Part shown: in pieces, positions 25,929 to 34,170 of the stretch
Numbering within the stretch: the first letter of the stretch is position 1
How the letters are laid out: each line of letters starts with the position of its first letter
DNA from: a virus
Taxonomy: Duplodnaviria; Caudoviricetes
IMG/VR virus record: IMGVR_UViG_3300034106_003179
Location: 1 to 52,402 of that record
DNA length: 52,402 nucleotides
Reading direction: 5' to 3' (one strand)
Program-made: the position numbers and the translations under genes
The notes under the pieces: generated by a model
What the model was told of the DNA's origin: nothing
Database searches by the model: none
What the model saw: the letters and a program-made list of their open reading frames with translations, nothing else

Positions 25929-26144
25929 TCAGGTGGCAACCGCAACGCGGCTGACTCCGTTGGCCTTGGCGACCTGGATCGCCCACCGCTTCGCCTCGGC
26001 ATACTTCATGTCGCCTGGGGCAAACACGACCGACTCATCCGCGGTGCCGTCGGCCATGTCCTTCTGAAACCGGAAGGCCCAGTAGCCCTTCCCACGCGGC
26101 TTGCGTCCGTGGGTGAATTCGTAGTTGCTGGTGTTGATGGTCAT
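25929..26144 (-). CDS. Small early protein
   Basis: 71 aa, first gene after promoter; HGRKPRGKGYWAF. Confidence 0.7.
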   Translation of the reverse strand: MTINTSNYEFTHGRKPRGKGYWAFRFQKDMADGTADESVVFAPGDMKYAEAKRWAIQVAKANGVSRVAVAT

Positions 26145-26197
26145 CGCCGTATCTCCGTTTCGTTGTCCTGTCGCGGTGTCCGCCGCGTCATGCCCTC

Positions 26198-26225
26198 ATT
26201 ATACCTATCGTCCTCTGTGCGTCAA
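26198..26225 (-). promoter_or_regulatory. Sigma70-type early promoter
   Basis: TTGACG-16-TATAAT with AT-rich upstream element. Confidence 0.75.
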
Positions 26226-26269
26226 TAGGGTTAGAAAAAATATTTTTACCCCTGTTTTCCCCGGTGTTT

Positions 26270-26509
26270 TCACCGGATCACCCCCAGCCCCGCGTCCGCG
26301 AGGTCGAGGACGGCCCGCCCGAAGGCCCGCAGCCGCCCCGGCGGCAAGGCCGGGGCAGGCTGCGAGACCGGCAGGGTTGCCATCGGCTGCATTGCCTGCC
26401 GGTGAGCGGTGTCGATGGCGGCGAGTTGAAGCCGCGTTTCAATGATGAGCGAGGATGCAACTGCCATCACGGCGATGAAGCACCCGGTGCGGAGAAGGTC
26501 GCGGATCAT
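26270..26509 (-). CDS. Small membrane protein
   Basis: N-terminal TM; ATGA overlap. Confidence 0.6.
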   Translation of the reverse strand: MIRDLLRTGCFIAVMAVASSLIIETRLQLAAIDTAHRQAMQPMATLPVSQPAPALPPGRLRAFGRAVLDLADAGLGVIR

Positions 26510-26685
26510 GCTTCGCACCCTTCCCAATGCTTGACCAGCTCCGCGGCCCTCTTGCGTGTGCCGTACACGCCGACGAGCCACTGGTACCCGGTCGCCTCGT
26601 TGCTGCTCCAGATTTCAAACCATCGCTCGCCGGGGCGGCGAGGGTCGAGCGTCTCGACGATGCGGTACGTCACGACGTGCGTCAT
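26506..26685 (-). CDS. Small hypothetical protein (59 aa, not in ORF track)
   Basis: MTHVVTYRIVETLDPRRPGERWFEIW...; ATGA overlaps at both ends. Confidence 0.65.
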   Translation of the reverse strand: MTHVVTYRIVETLDPRRPGERWFEIWSSNEATGYQWLVGVYGTRKRAAELVKHWEGCEA

Positions 26686-27185
26686 GCCGCGGCCTCCTCA
26701 TGCGTCGGCCAGAAGTACGGGAGGTCGGCCGTCTCCCGCCATCCGAACTGACCGTAGTGCTTGGCATCCTTGCGAAGCAAGTTGCTGCGATGCGATGCGT
26801 GCAGCCGGTCGTAGCCGAGCCAGTTGGGCTGCGTGAACGCTGGCAGCCCGTCAGCGTACTTGACCCACAAGGCCATCTCGTAGCGAGCGAGATCGTCCAT
26901 CGTTTTGCGAAACTGATCCCGCAGCGTGTCCTTGAATCCGCGTTGCCGCCACGCCACGCACATGATCTCGGCGTACTCGGCCAGAGCAAGCTCGTGGCCT
27001 CGCCACATACGGACGGCGGGATGGTTCCGCCACCGCGATGCCGGATTGCCGCGATGCTCGCCAACGTCCACGCCGAGCGTGAGCAGAATCTGCTTGCACT
27101 CGACGCGCTGCTTGCCGAGCCGCCGATTATCAAGGCACCGGGCCGAGGCCCAGATGTTGGGGTAGGGCAGGAAGGTCTGCATCAT
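26682..27185 (-). CDS. Pyrimidine dimer DNA glycosylase/endonuclease V-like (MSMEG_6728 family)
   Basis: MQTFLPY, LDNRRLGKQRVECKQIL, NHPAVRMWRG, HASHRSNLLRKD. Confidence 0.85.
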   Translation of the reverse strand: MMQTFLPYPNIWASARCLDNRRLGKQRVECKQILLTLGVDVGEHRGNPASRWRNHPAVRMWRGHELALAEYAEIMCVAWRQRGFKDTLRDQFRKTMDDLARYEMALWVKYADGLPAFTQPNWLGYDRLHASHRSNLLRKDAKHYGQFGWRETADLPYFWPTHEEAAA

Positions 27186-27424
27186 GCGTCTCCTTCGATC
27201 TTCTTGAGGATGGCCCTCGCCGCGGCAACGCTCCGCAGCGGAGCTTCGCCGAGCGGCACCGACTCAAGCCACTCAACGCAGTCGCGCAGAGCAGCCGTCA
27301 GTTCCGGCACCGCGGCCCAGGCTTTTGCGTGGCGTGGCAAGTCAGCCGACCCGATGACATTCACGCCGTCAATCACGTCGTAGCGACCATCTGCTTCGTT
27401 GAACTCGTATCGGTAGCCGCTCAT
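27182..27424 (-). CDS. Hypothetical protein
   Basis: AAVPELTAAL...ARAILKKIEG. Confidence 0.65.
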   Translation of the reverse strand: MSGYRYEFNEADGRYDVIDGVNVIGSADLPRHAKAWAAVPELTAALRDCVEWLESVPLGEAPLRSVAAARAILKKIEGDA

Positions 27425-27729
27425 GACTGCACCGCCTTTCGTATTGCCTCGTCAGCCATCTTCACGGCCGCAAAGTCTGCCTCGTCGAGCGACCCCGTAT
27501 CCACCCACGCTGCTAACTGCTCGCGGCACGCGATGAGTGCGGTCAGGAGTTCCGGTGCGGCTGCGATCAGCCGCCCGTTGGCCCGGCCTTCCTCAACCGA
27601 GCCGTACCACTCCGAGTCTGACCAAGGGCCAGTGACGCGGGCGAGCGTCACGAATGAGGTCGGGCCTTCCATCGGCCAGACTTCCGCGCCGTCCTCCGTT
27701 CCCCACGGGCCGGGTGTGTGGCTGCTCAT
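27421..27729 (-). CDS. HTPGPW/ANARLIAAAPELL-type phage protein
   Basis: HTPGPW...ANGRLIAAAPELL; flanked by 20-bp direct repeats. Confidence 0.7.
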   Translation of the reverse strand: MSSHTPGPWGTEDGAEVWPMEGPTSFVTLARVTGPWSDSEWYGSVEEGRANGRLIAAAPELLTALIACREQLAAWVDTGSLDEADFAAVKMADEAIRKAVQS

Positions 27730-28049
27730 GACTGCACCGCCTTCCCGGTTCCGTTGCATCCGCCGCACGCGCGGTACCGGTACCCGTTGCGGCGGTACCC
27801 GTCTTCCTCACGCCAGCCCGTTCCGTTGCATTGAAAGCAGAACCCGTTTACCTCGTAGAAGTCCTTGAGTTCGCTCGGCAACCCAGCCTCGTACCGGGCC
27901 TTTCGCCACGCCTTGATCGTCGGGATGTCCCGGCTCGACACCGGGGTGGCCGCGAGCTGCTGAAAGTTCTGGAAGTGCTGATCCAGTGGAACGAATGGCA
28001 GCACCGCCCTCGCCACTCCGTCATCGCCCACGTACCTGTTTCCGTCCAT
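27726..28049 (-). CDS. Protein with DnaJ-like CxxCxGxG zinc finger
   Basis: CFQCNGTG, CGGCNGTG. Confidence 0.6.
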   Translation of the reverse strand: MDGNRYVGDDGVARAVLPFVPLDQHFQNFQQLAATPVSSRDIPTIKAWRKARYEAGLPSELKDFYEVNGFCFQCNGTGWREEDGYRRNGYRYRACGGCNGTGKAVQS

Positions 28050-28125
28050 CGTCCCGTCCTCCGTTGAAGTCCTACCGTCCCGCCCGTGCTGCGGAACGCC
28101 CGCAGCACGGGTATCCGAACAATCG

Positions 28126-28386
28126 TCAGATGCGAACCGCTTGCGGCTCGCGAGTAGCGGTTGCTGTTGAGTCGCAATCAACCGACTCCAGCACGGCCGC
28201 CAGCGTGTCGAGGATGTCGTTGATTCTCGGCAGAACGTCCGTCTCGGCGTTCACCATGTTCGACCGCGAGCCGTCGGCGTAGGGGGCTGCCATCTTCCGC
28301 AGGATCGCCGACCGCATGTATTTGAGGTCGATGCTGGCGTCGAGGATTCCGTTTCGCAGCGTGTTGCGTTGCTCGTAAAGTTTCAT
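28126..28386 (-). CDS. Small early protein
   Basis: First ORF after consensus promoter; RBS GGAG. Confidence 0.65.
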   Translation of the reverse strand: MKLYEQRNTLRNGILDASIDLKYMRSAILRKMAAPYADGSRSNMVNAETDVLPRINDILDTLAAVLESVDCDSTATATREPQAVRI

Positions 28387-28438
28387 CGTTCGTTCTCCGT
28401 TGTTGGCGTCTCGCGGTGTCCGCCGCGTTGACCCCTGC

Positions 28439-28467
28439 ATTATACCGTATCGGCAAAAGTGTGTCAA
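28439..28467 (-). promoter_or_regulatory. Consensus sigma70 early promoter
   Basis: TTGACA-17-TATAAT. Confidence 0.85.
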
Positions 28468-28600
28468 TAGGTTTACGGAATTTTTCTTTTTGGCTGTTTT
28501 GCCGGGGGAAACAGGGGATGCCCCCTTTATATATGCCCCCTCTGGCCGCTTCGGGGGGGTCAAAAAGCGCACGTTCCCCCGGCGGCTCCAGAAAAAGGTC

Positions 28601-28732
28601 GGCAAAAACGGTTTTCGCGGCAGTTTTGCCGGGTCGTCAAACCGTTACGCCGTAACGTGTTAGCGTCGCTTGCCGGGAAAACGGGCTGCCGCAAAGCGTT
28701 TTTGGCCCTGTGTGAATTCCCTATATACCTAG
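28601..28732. repeat. 132-bp element copy B
   Basis: Gapless homologue of 19410-19541. Confidence 0.65.
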
Positions 28733-28965
28733 GCGGGCGTTTTCCGTTTGCCCCGCGTGGCGATCCAATCGGGGTTGCCGCTCGTCTCATGAATGAACGG
28801 CTGCAACGCCTTCAAGTCGGCGGGAGCCAGAGCCGCGAGCCGCCCGTTGACGAAATGGATGCCGACGTTCGCCCGCTTCGCCGCGCGACTGATCGTCTTG
28901 GCCGAGCAGCCGAGCTTTGCCGCGGCCTGCCGTGTGGAATAGTAGCCCATACGCTTCGTCTCCAT
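28729..28965 (-). CDS. HTH DNA-binding protein
   Basis: YYSTRQAAAKLGCSAKTISRAA. Confidence 0.75.
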   Translation of the reverse strand: METKRMGYYSTRQAAAKLGCSAKTISRAAKRANVGIHFVNGRLAALAPADLKALQPFIHETSGNPDWIATRGKRKTPA

Positions 28966-29015
28966 GCCGTTCTCCTTCATTGGTAGCAGTGCGGCCCATA
29001 GAAAGCAAGTAGGGG

Positions 29016-29237
29016 TCAGCCGAGTTTCGACCGCTTGCGTCCCGAGAGAGTGGGATCGCGGTGCAAGTAGTCGCGGAGGTTCTTCTCGACGCTCTTTTTG
29101 CTGACGGCCCACGCTCGGCCGCTCAATCGGAACCCTTCAAGCGTTCCAGCCTGCACCATCTTTATGACCCAAACGTCCGTGCAGCCAAGCATTTGCGCTG
29201 CAACCGGCACAGAAATCCATTCGGGGGGTCGTTGCAT
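29016..29237 (-). CDS. Excisionase-like HTH_17 protein
   Basis: ISVPVAAQMLGCTDVWVIKMVQAGTLEG..WAV; divergent from integrase. Confidence 0.75.
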   Translation of the reverse strand: MQRPPEWISVPVAAQMLGCTDVWVIKMVQAGTLEGFRLSGRAWAVSKKSVEKNLRDYLHRDPTLSGRKRSKLG

Positions 29238-29303
29238 TGTTTCGGCTCCTCAAGTATTCCGGGATACGACCCCGGCCGTCCTTGCGGACAGCCGGGGGTC
29301 GAA

Positions 29304-29319
29304 TGGCGGGGACGGGATT
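29304..29319 (-). mobile_element. Candidate attP core resembling a tRNA(Met) 3' end
   Basis: Minus strand AATCCCGTCCCCGCCA followed by a hairpin (29267-29301), between xis and int. Confidence 0.5.
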
Positions 29320-29381
29320 CCGCGCTAGAGGGAGTTGCACCGCAGGAGGCATGACCTACATACGAGCGGAGGACTACAACC

Positions 29382-30239
29382 ATGCTCCTACAAAATCTGT
29401 TCGACAACTTCTATCGCCCGCTGCGTCTGCGTGGCCGCTCGGTCAACACCTCTCGACTCTACGGCTGCACAATCCGTGCATTCGGCAAATGGCTCACATA
29501 CCCACCAACCGTCGAAGACCTCACAGACCTCACGCTGTCGCGGTATCTGGAACACCGGGCAGCGACTCGCAGCCCGTACACCAGCGAGAAAGAGCGGAGC
29601 CAGTTATGCAGCCTGTGGCGGTTCGCCGCGGACCGCGGGCTTGTGACGACGCGGCCGGAAGTGCCGCCCGCACCGCTGCCCGACCGCGTGCCGCGAGCGT
29701 GGACACTCGGCGAGCTTGGAGCGATCTACCGTGCCGCCGCCGCGACGCGGGGGTACGTTGGCTCCGTTCCGGCGGGCGTGTGGTACTCGGCCCTCGTCTC
29801 CGTGATCTGGGAGTCAGCGGAGCGCATCGGGGCGGTGCTGGCCTGCCTTCCCGGCGACTTCGCCGCCCCGCACCTGCACGTCCTCGCCGAGTACCGGAAG
29901 GGACATAAGCGGGACCGCATCTACCGCCTGTCGTCGCGGACGTGCGGCCTGCTCACGCTCGCCTGCGGCAAGGACCGCCTGCTGGAGTGGCCCAAGTCCC
30001 GCACGCTCCTGTGGGCAAAGTACGCCGATGTCGTGGCCCGTGCCGGGCTGGGACGCGGGCGGCACCTGTCGTTTCACGCCCTGCGCCGCTCAGCCGCGAG
30101 CCATTACGCTTCGCGTGGCGGCGACCCGGTGCAACTGCTTGATCACTCCAGCCCGCGAATCACGCACCGCTGGTACCTCGACCGCAGACTGACCGACAAC
30201 GGGCCAGCCCCGTGCGACGTGCTGCCGGAAATCAACTAG
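29382..30239 (+). CDS. int: Tyrosine recombinase / phage integrase
   Basis: ERIG (R), RKG (K), HALRR, LDHSS, RWY; RBS GGAGG. Confidence 0.88.
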   Translation: MLLQNLFDNFYRPLRLRGRSVNTSRLYGCTIRAFGKWLTYPPTVEDLTDLTLSRYLEHRAATRSPYTSEKERSQLCSLWRFAADRGLVTTRPEVPPAPLPDRVPRAWTLGELGAIYRAAAATRGYVGSVPAGVWYSALVSVIWESAERIGAVLACLPGDFAAPHLHVLAEYRKGHKRDRIYRLSSRTCGLLTLACGKDRLLEWPKSRTLLWAKYADVVARAGLGRGRHLSFHALRRSAASHYASRGGDPVQLLDHSSPRITHRWYLDRRLTDNGPAPCDVLPEIN

Positions 30240-30250
30240 CGGCTGACGGG

Positions 30251-30286
30251 GAGGCGGCGGGGAAAGGAAGGGAAACCCGCCGCCTC
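30251..30286. terminator. Hairpin between convergent genes
   Basis: GAGGCGGCGGG/CCCGCCGCCTC inverted repeat. Confidence 0.6.
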
Positions 30287-30304
30287 GACCCGCCGCCCGG
30301 CCCA

Positions 30305-30490
30305 CTACTCCTGCGGTCGTGCAATGTTCGCAAGCATCGCCAGCAGCCGCTCACGCTCTTCGAGCAGTCGCCCGATCATGCGTGCCGCCGTGCCGTTCGT
30401 CGCGGTCCACGAGTTGCTCGGCCCGTGGCGTCCCACCCACAGCCACGCTTCCTGCGCCTCGTCTTCGCTGTACGGCACGCGGGGATTCAC
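30305..30490 (-). CDS. Small hypothetical protein
   Basis: GTGA overlap with upstream gene. Confidence 0.55.
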   Translation of the reverse strand: MNPRVPYSEDEAQEAWLWVGRHGPSNSWTATNGTAARMIGRLLEERERLLAMLANIARPQE

Positions 30491-30834
30491 TCGACGCTCT
30501 CCCGGTAGAGCACCAGGGCAATGATTGAATACGCCGCAAGGTCGAGCAGCGTGTCTTCCACGCCGTCGAATTCCACCTCGCCCCGGCGAAAGAACGACCG
30601 CAGCCTGTGCATCTTGTCGCTCATTCGCAGCACGCACCCAGCGTAGGCGGGCACGTTGATAACGTCGGCCGAATTGCGAATGTTGCTCAGGGCATCATCG
30701 TCCTGGCCGTAGTCTTTTGTCTTCCGAAGGTGGAGCGTGCGGATCTCGTCGAGGATGTCGAGGAACTCGCGCGAGCCGGGCCGCAGGCCCTCACGCATCA
30801 CGCCATCACCATTGAGTCGGTCGGCCACAATCAT
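30487..30834 (-). CDS. DUF1599 / nucleotide-modification-associated (MazG-like fold) protein
   Basis: KTKDYG, RMSDKMHRL, EDTLLDLAAYSII. Confidence 0.75.
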   Translation of the reverse strand: MIVADRLNGDGVMREGLRPGSREFLDILDEIRTLHLRKTKDYGQDDDALSNIRNSADVINVPAYAGCVLRMSDKMHRLRSFFRRGEVEFDGVEDTLLDLAAYSIIALVLYRESVE

Positions 30835-31904
30835 TTTCCTTCCCTCAAGTCACGGTCACAGAACAGCGGATAAGCACGGGTCACTTCGCGGCGGCCACCG
30901 TCGATGATCGCCATTCCCTGGCATGGCCTCTCAGGAGAAGCGACCCGCTCAGCGTATGGTGAATGTCCAATCACGCTGCCGTTGGCAACGTATCTCGCAC
31001 CTCTGAGCCAGCCCCACGAGTGGTAATGTCCAAAGATCGTAAGGTCCGCCTTGCGCCCCGCATCCCAGCGAGCGATGGCCTTGCTGGCTGGCAGCGCGAG
31101 CCCGTAGACTCCACCAGCGAAACGAATTGAGTGGCCATGCGTTGTGCGAACGAGGAACCCGTCGAGGTCAACGTAGCCAAGGTGCCCTTCGGCAATCTGC
31201 CACCGCACGTTTTTGTTTCGCTCTTCGCGGGCCAGCGTGAAATACATCAGCTGTTCCCACGAGTGATCTAGTTCCGTGGCGATGCGGTTTTTCTCGGTGC
31301 TTCGCCCGTGGTTCCCGGCGTTCGTGCAGACGATCACGCTGCCGACGTTGGCTGCGATGCGGTCGATGAGCCCACGCAGCCGCTCCGAGATCCACCGCGT
31401 GGCGTTCATCGGAGAAAGCTGGGCCACCTCGGCACAGTCGGGGTGAATGTGGCCCGTGATGAAATCGCCGCCCAGCCAGACGAGCACGCGGTCTATGTCC
31501 GCTTGGTTGCGTTCGTGTTGCAGGCAGTCCAAGAACCGCTCTTCGAGCTCCGCAAGCCGCAGTTGGCATACGTCAAGAGAGTAGTCGTTTTCGCCGTTCA
31601 CGGTCTCGGGAAGTATGCGCTCTTCGCAGTGAACGTCGCTGAGCATGAGCACCGCAGTGGCGTGGTGCTTGGTGCGTTTCTTGCCCTTGACGCCTTTGGT
31701 CAACGGCGTTGGCTTTACGCCCTGCAAAGACACCAGACTATCCGCCCGCGCCCGCTCGGCGTCGATCTGGGCCAAGGCCGCCTTGTACCGTTTCTGGTAC
31801 GAGGTCACCTCGGCCCGCAGGCGTGCGATCTCGGCGTCGGCCTGGAGCTGCGAGGCATGCTCGACCCCGGCCGCGATCTCGTCGGCTAATCTTTTTGCAG
31901 CCAT
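30831..31904 (-). CDS. Calcineurin-like metallophosphoesterase with N-terminal coiled coil
   Basis: SDVH, GGDF, GNHG, THGH, FGHYH, NGS. Confidence 0.85.
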   Translation of the reverse strand: MAAKRLADEIAAGVEHASQLQADAEIARLRAEVTSYQKRYKAALAQIDAERARADSLVSLQGVKPTPLTKGVKGKKRTKHHATAVLMLSDVHCEERILPETVNGENDYSLDVCQLRLAELEERFLDCLQHERNQADIDRVLVWLGGDFITGHIHPDCAEVAQLSPMNATRWISERLRGLIDRIAANVGSVIVCTNAGNHGRSTEKNRIATELDHSWEQLMYFTLAREERNKNVRWQIAEGHLGYVDLDGFLVRTTHGHSIRFAGGVYGLALPASKAIARWDAGRKADLTIFGHYHSWGWLRGARYVANGSVIGHSPYAERVASPERPCQGMAIIDGGRREVTRAYPLFCDRDLREGK

Positions 31905-32140
31905 TCGGCAAACCTCTTGTGATCGCAGGTCTTCCAGCCACGTTCACGGCAACGCTCAGCCAGAACGCGGGCGACGGTGCCACGGCGAGCCTCGTAGCCG
32001 CCCGCCTTGAACTTGGCACGCACGGCAAGCAGTTCGGCCTGGGCATCGGGCGGGATGCCGTCCCACCAAGTCTTCGGGACGCAAGCCTTCAACGATTCGG
32101 CAACGTCATCTGTCAGGCTTGGCGTCTTTGCCTTTGCCAC
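31886..32140 (-). CDS. Hypothetical protein
   Basis: GTG start with GGAGG RBS. Confidence 0.6.
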   Translation of the reverse strand: MAKAKTPSLTDDVAESLKACVPKTWWDGIPPDAQAELLAVRAKFKAGGYEARRGTVARVLAERCRERGWKTCDHKRFAEWLQKD

Positions 32141-32294
32141 GGCGGCCTCCTTTTGTTTTGGGCTTCGCCGCACGACGCAGCACCATGTTGCCGTCGTCGT
32201 CGAGGATGCCGAGGCCGGACGGCTCGTCGTCCTCGAAGTCGAGCTCAGCGAGTTTTGGCTTCGCTGCCTTCGGCGTTGCTGGCTTGCGTGGCAC
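32106..32294 (-). CDS. Small charged protein
   Basis: Basic-acidic-basic 62 aa; GGAGG RBS. Confidence 0.5.
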   Translation of the reverse strand: MPRKPATPKAAKPKLAELDFEDDEPSGLGILDDDGNMVLRRAAKPKTKGGRRGKGKDAKPDR

Positions 32295-32739
32295 GGGCCG
32301 CCTCCTTCCGTGCGTTGGAAATCGCACGGCGAACCAGCAGCCTAGCGGGGAGGTCAAGGAACGGCAGGCCGCGATCTGCCGCCGCTTCGCGGAGATAGCC
32401 CACCACAGTGTCGATGTTTCTCTCGCACCACCCCGGTTCCTGCGCCTCCATCGCGTCCATGTGTTTCACGCGGGCGTTGCATTTGCAGTTGGGCGTGGCA
32501 GTGATGCCGATGCTGGAGAGGAGTTTCCTGAGTTCCGTGCCGGGTCCGTTGGGCGGGGCGGGCGGCGGCAGCACTGGCAACTCAAAACCCGGCTTCGGCA
32601 CGCGCGGGTAGGCCGGGTGGTCAACGTCCACCGTGACTGTGTCGCCTTTTTCGCTGACGATGCACGCCCGCACTTCATCCAGCGTGTAGCCGCGAGACTT
32701 ACACCGTGCGTCCCACTGTGCGACCTTGCCCGTGATCAT
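32245..32739 (-). CDS. Hypothetical Cys-containing protein
   Basis: GPGTEL...CKC...WC; ATGA overlap. Confidence 0.65.
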   Translation of the reverse strand: MITGKVAQWDARCKSRGYTLDEVRACIVSEKGDTVTVDVDHPAYPRVPKPGFELPVLPPPAPPNGPGTELRKLLSSIGITATPNCKCNARVKHMDAMEAQEPGWCERNIDTVVGYLREAAADRGLPFLDLPARLLVRRAISNARKEAARATQASNAEGSEAKTR

Positions 32740-33458
32740 GGGAATGGGTTGCACTCCTCATCGATGCACTTCACGCCGGTGCGATAGACGCCGTCAATAT
32801 TTTCGCACTCAAGCTCCGACATTGAGTCGCCGCAGCCGTTCCAATAACAGCACGACCCGGGGTATCCGCCGCAGCCAACCTCAAGCGTCAGCGACGACCA
32901 GTTAATGCTCGGCTCGTAGCCATCCGGGCACGGAGAGTATTGGTCTATTGTTTGCGCGCCACTAAAAGTCTCTGCAGGATCGGCAGATATGAAGGTCAGT
33001 TGATCTCGCTCCGTGTCCGGGTTGATGCCGCACGCTTTCCACTTGGTGGTCCACAAGTGTTCCACGCCGAAGGCGCCAACTGGGAGGCCGCCTCCATAGT
33101 CTATTCTCGGCATCGTGTAAAACTTCAGCGTGAGTTCACACACCCCTTCGACCATGTCAATCGCGGGAAAGGTATAGCCTGGGACTACGTCGCCAAACCC
33201 AAAATCAGAACGCCCTGTAAGCCGCGTGTCATACCCACATGCCCCAAGAGATTCTTCTATAAAGTCGAGAAAGTCTGGCTGAGCAAACGGTGCCCACATC
33301 GGCCTGATAAATTGCCCGTTGATGTAGAGCACGGGCTCTGGGCAGTTGCTGAGTAATCGATTGGGCACGCACTGCCCATCGCAACAGCAGCAGCCTTGGG
33401 GGCACGGGTTCTCATCGTCGCACGGGCCGGAGCATGGATTACAACATGGACAGGCCAT
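32736..33458 (-). CDS. Cys-rich putative tail-tip protein
   Basis: MACPCC...CCCC N-terminus, GSCC...C C-terminus, lower-GC middle. Confidence 0.6.
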   Translation of the reverse strand: MACPCCNPCSGPCDDENPCPQGCCCCDGQCVPNRLLSNCPEPVLYINGQFIRPMWAPFAQPDFLDFIEESLGACGYDTRLTGRSDFGFGDVVPGYTFPAIDMVEGVCELTLKFYTMPRIDYGGGLPVGAFGVEHLWTTKWKACGINPDTERDQLTFISADPAETFSGAQTIDQYSPCPDGYEPSINWSSLTLEVGCGGYPGSCCYWNGCGDSMSELECENIDGVYRTGVKCIDEECNPFP

Positions 33459-33462
33459 AGCC

Positions 33463-34170
33463 TCACCCGAATGTTAGGTACGTTGCCGTGAAAGTAGTTC
33501 CGAGAATCGTCATGGTCTGCGTGCCAGACATGGAAACGCTGATGGCCGTTTGTGTTCCGCTCATCGAAATGCTTGTAGCCGTTTGTGTTCCGCCCATCGA
33601 AACACTCGTAGCCGTGGCCGTCTGCGCGGTAACGGTGATAGTGCAGTCGGTCGTGTTAAGCGAAGCAGAAACGCCGGTGACAAACGTAAATTCCGAAGTG
33701 CTGCCGGGGCTGAAAAAATTTATTACTGACGTGCTTGCCGGGCTAAAGAAATTTATCACTGACGTGCTGCCAGCCCCGAAGACAGTGCGCGATGCTGTGC
33801 TCGAAGCAAACACCGCCGACGCCGTAGCCAGCGGCACGTCGATTAGATACCACGCCGTTCCGTCCCTGGCGATCGCGCAGTCGCGTGTGCTGGCTGCCGA
33901 GTTCGTGATTGGAAAAAACAGATTCACCACCGAAGCGGTGTTTGGAGTCGTCGTCTGATTGCGAAACGTGACAGTCTTGGTGCCGCCAACTGGCCACGCG
34001 CCGGTGAACGTGCCCATCTTGACGGCCTTTGGCATCCGGCCTTCGGGGATGCGATCAAACACCAGCGGCCTCGCCGGGCGCGGAGCCGTCTCGGCGGCGC
34101 GCACCACATTGGCGATCCGCTCGGCGGACTCGCGAGTGAACTGTACGGCGTCGCGGTCGCTCGGCGTCAT
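33463..34170 (-). CDS. Tail-tip protein with 11-aa repeats
   Basis: Follows distal tail gene; Thr/Ser-rich repeats. Confidence 0.65.
   Translation of the reverse strand: MTPSDRDAVQFTRESAERIANVVRAAETAPRPARPLVFDRIPEGRMPKAVKMGTFTGAWPVGGTKTVTFRNQTTTPNTASVVNLFFPITNSAASTRDCAIARDGTAWYLIDVPLATASAVFASSTASRTVFGAGSTSVINFFSPASTSVINFFSPGSTSEFTFVTGVSASLNTTDCTITVTAQTATATSVSMGGTQTATSISMSGTQTAISVSMSGTQTMTILGTTFTATYLTFG

Noticed and set aside
29267-29340. Complete tRNA gene
   Set aside because: Only about 16 nt resembling a 3' end is present and no cloverleaf can be built.
29382-30239. Integrase as the integron integrase (IntI) for the array
   Set aside because: It is 27 kb away, paired with xis and an attP-like site, and shows no evident IntI-specific insertion before the HxxR box. 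An HMM check would settle this.
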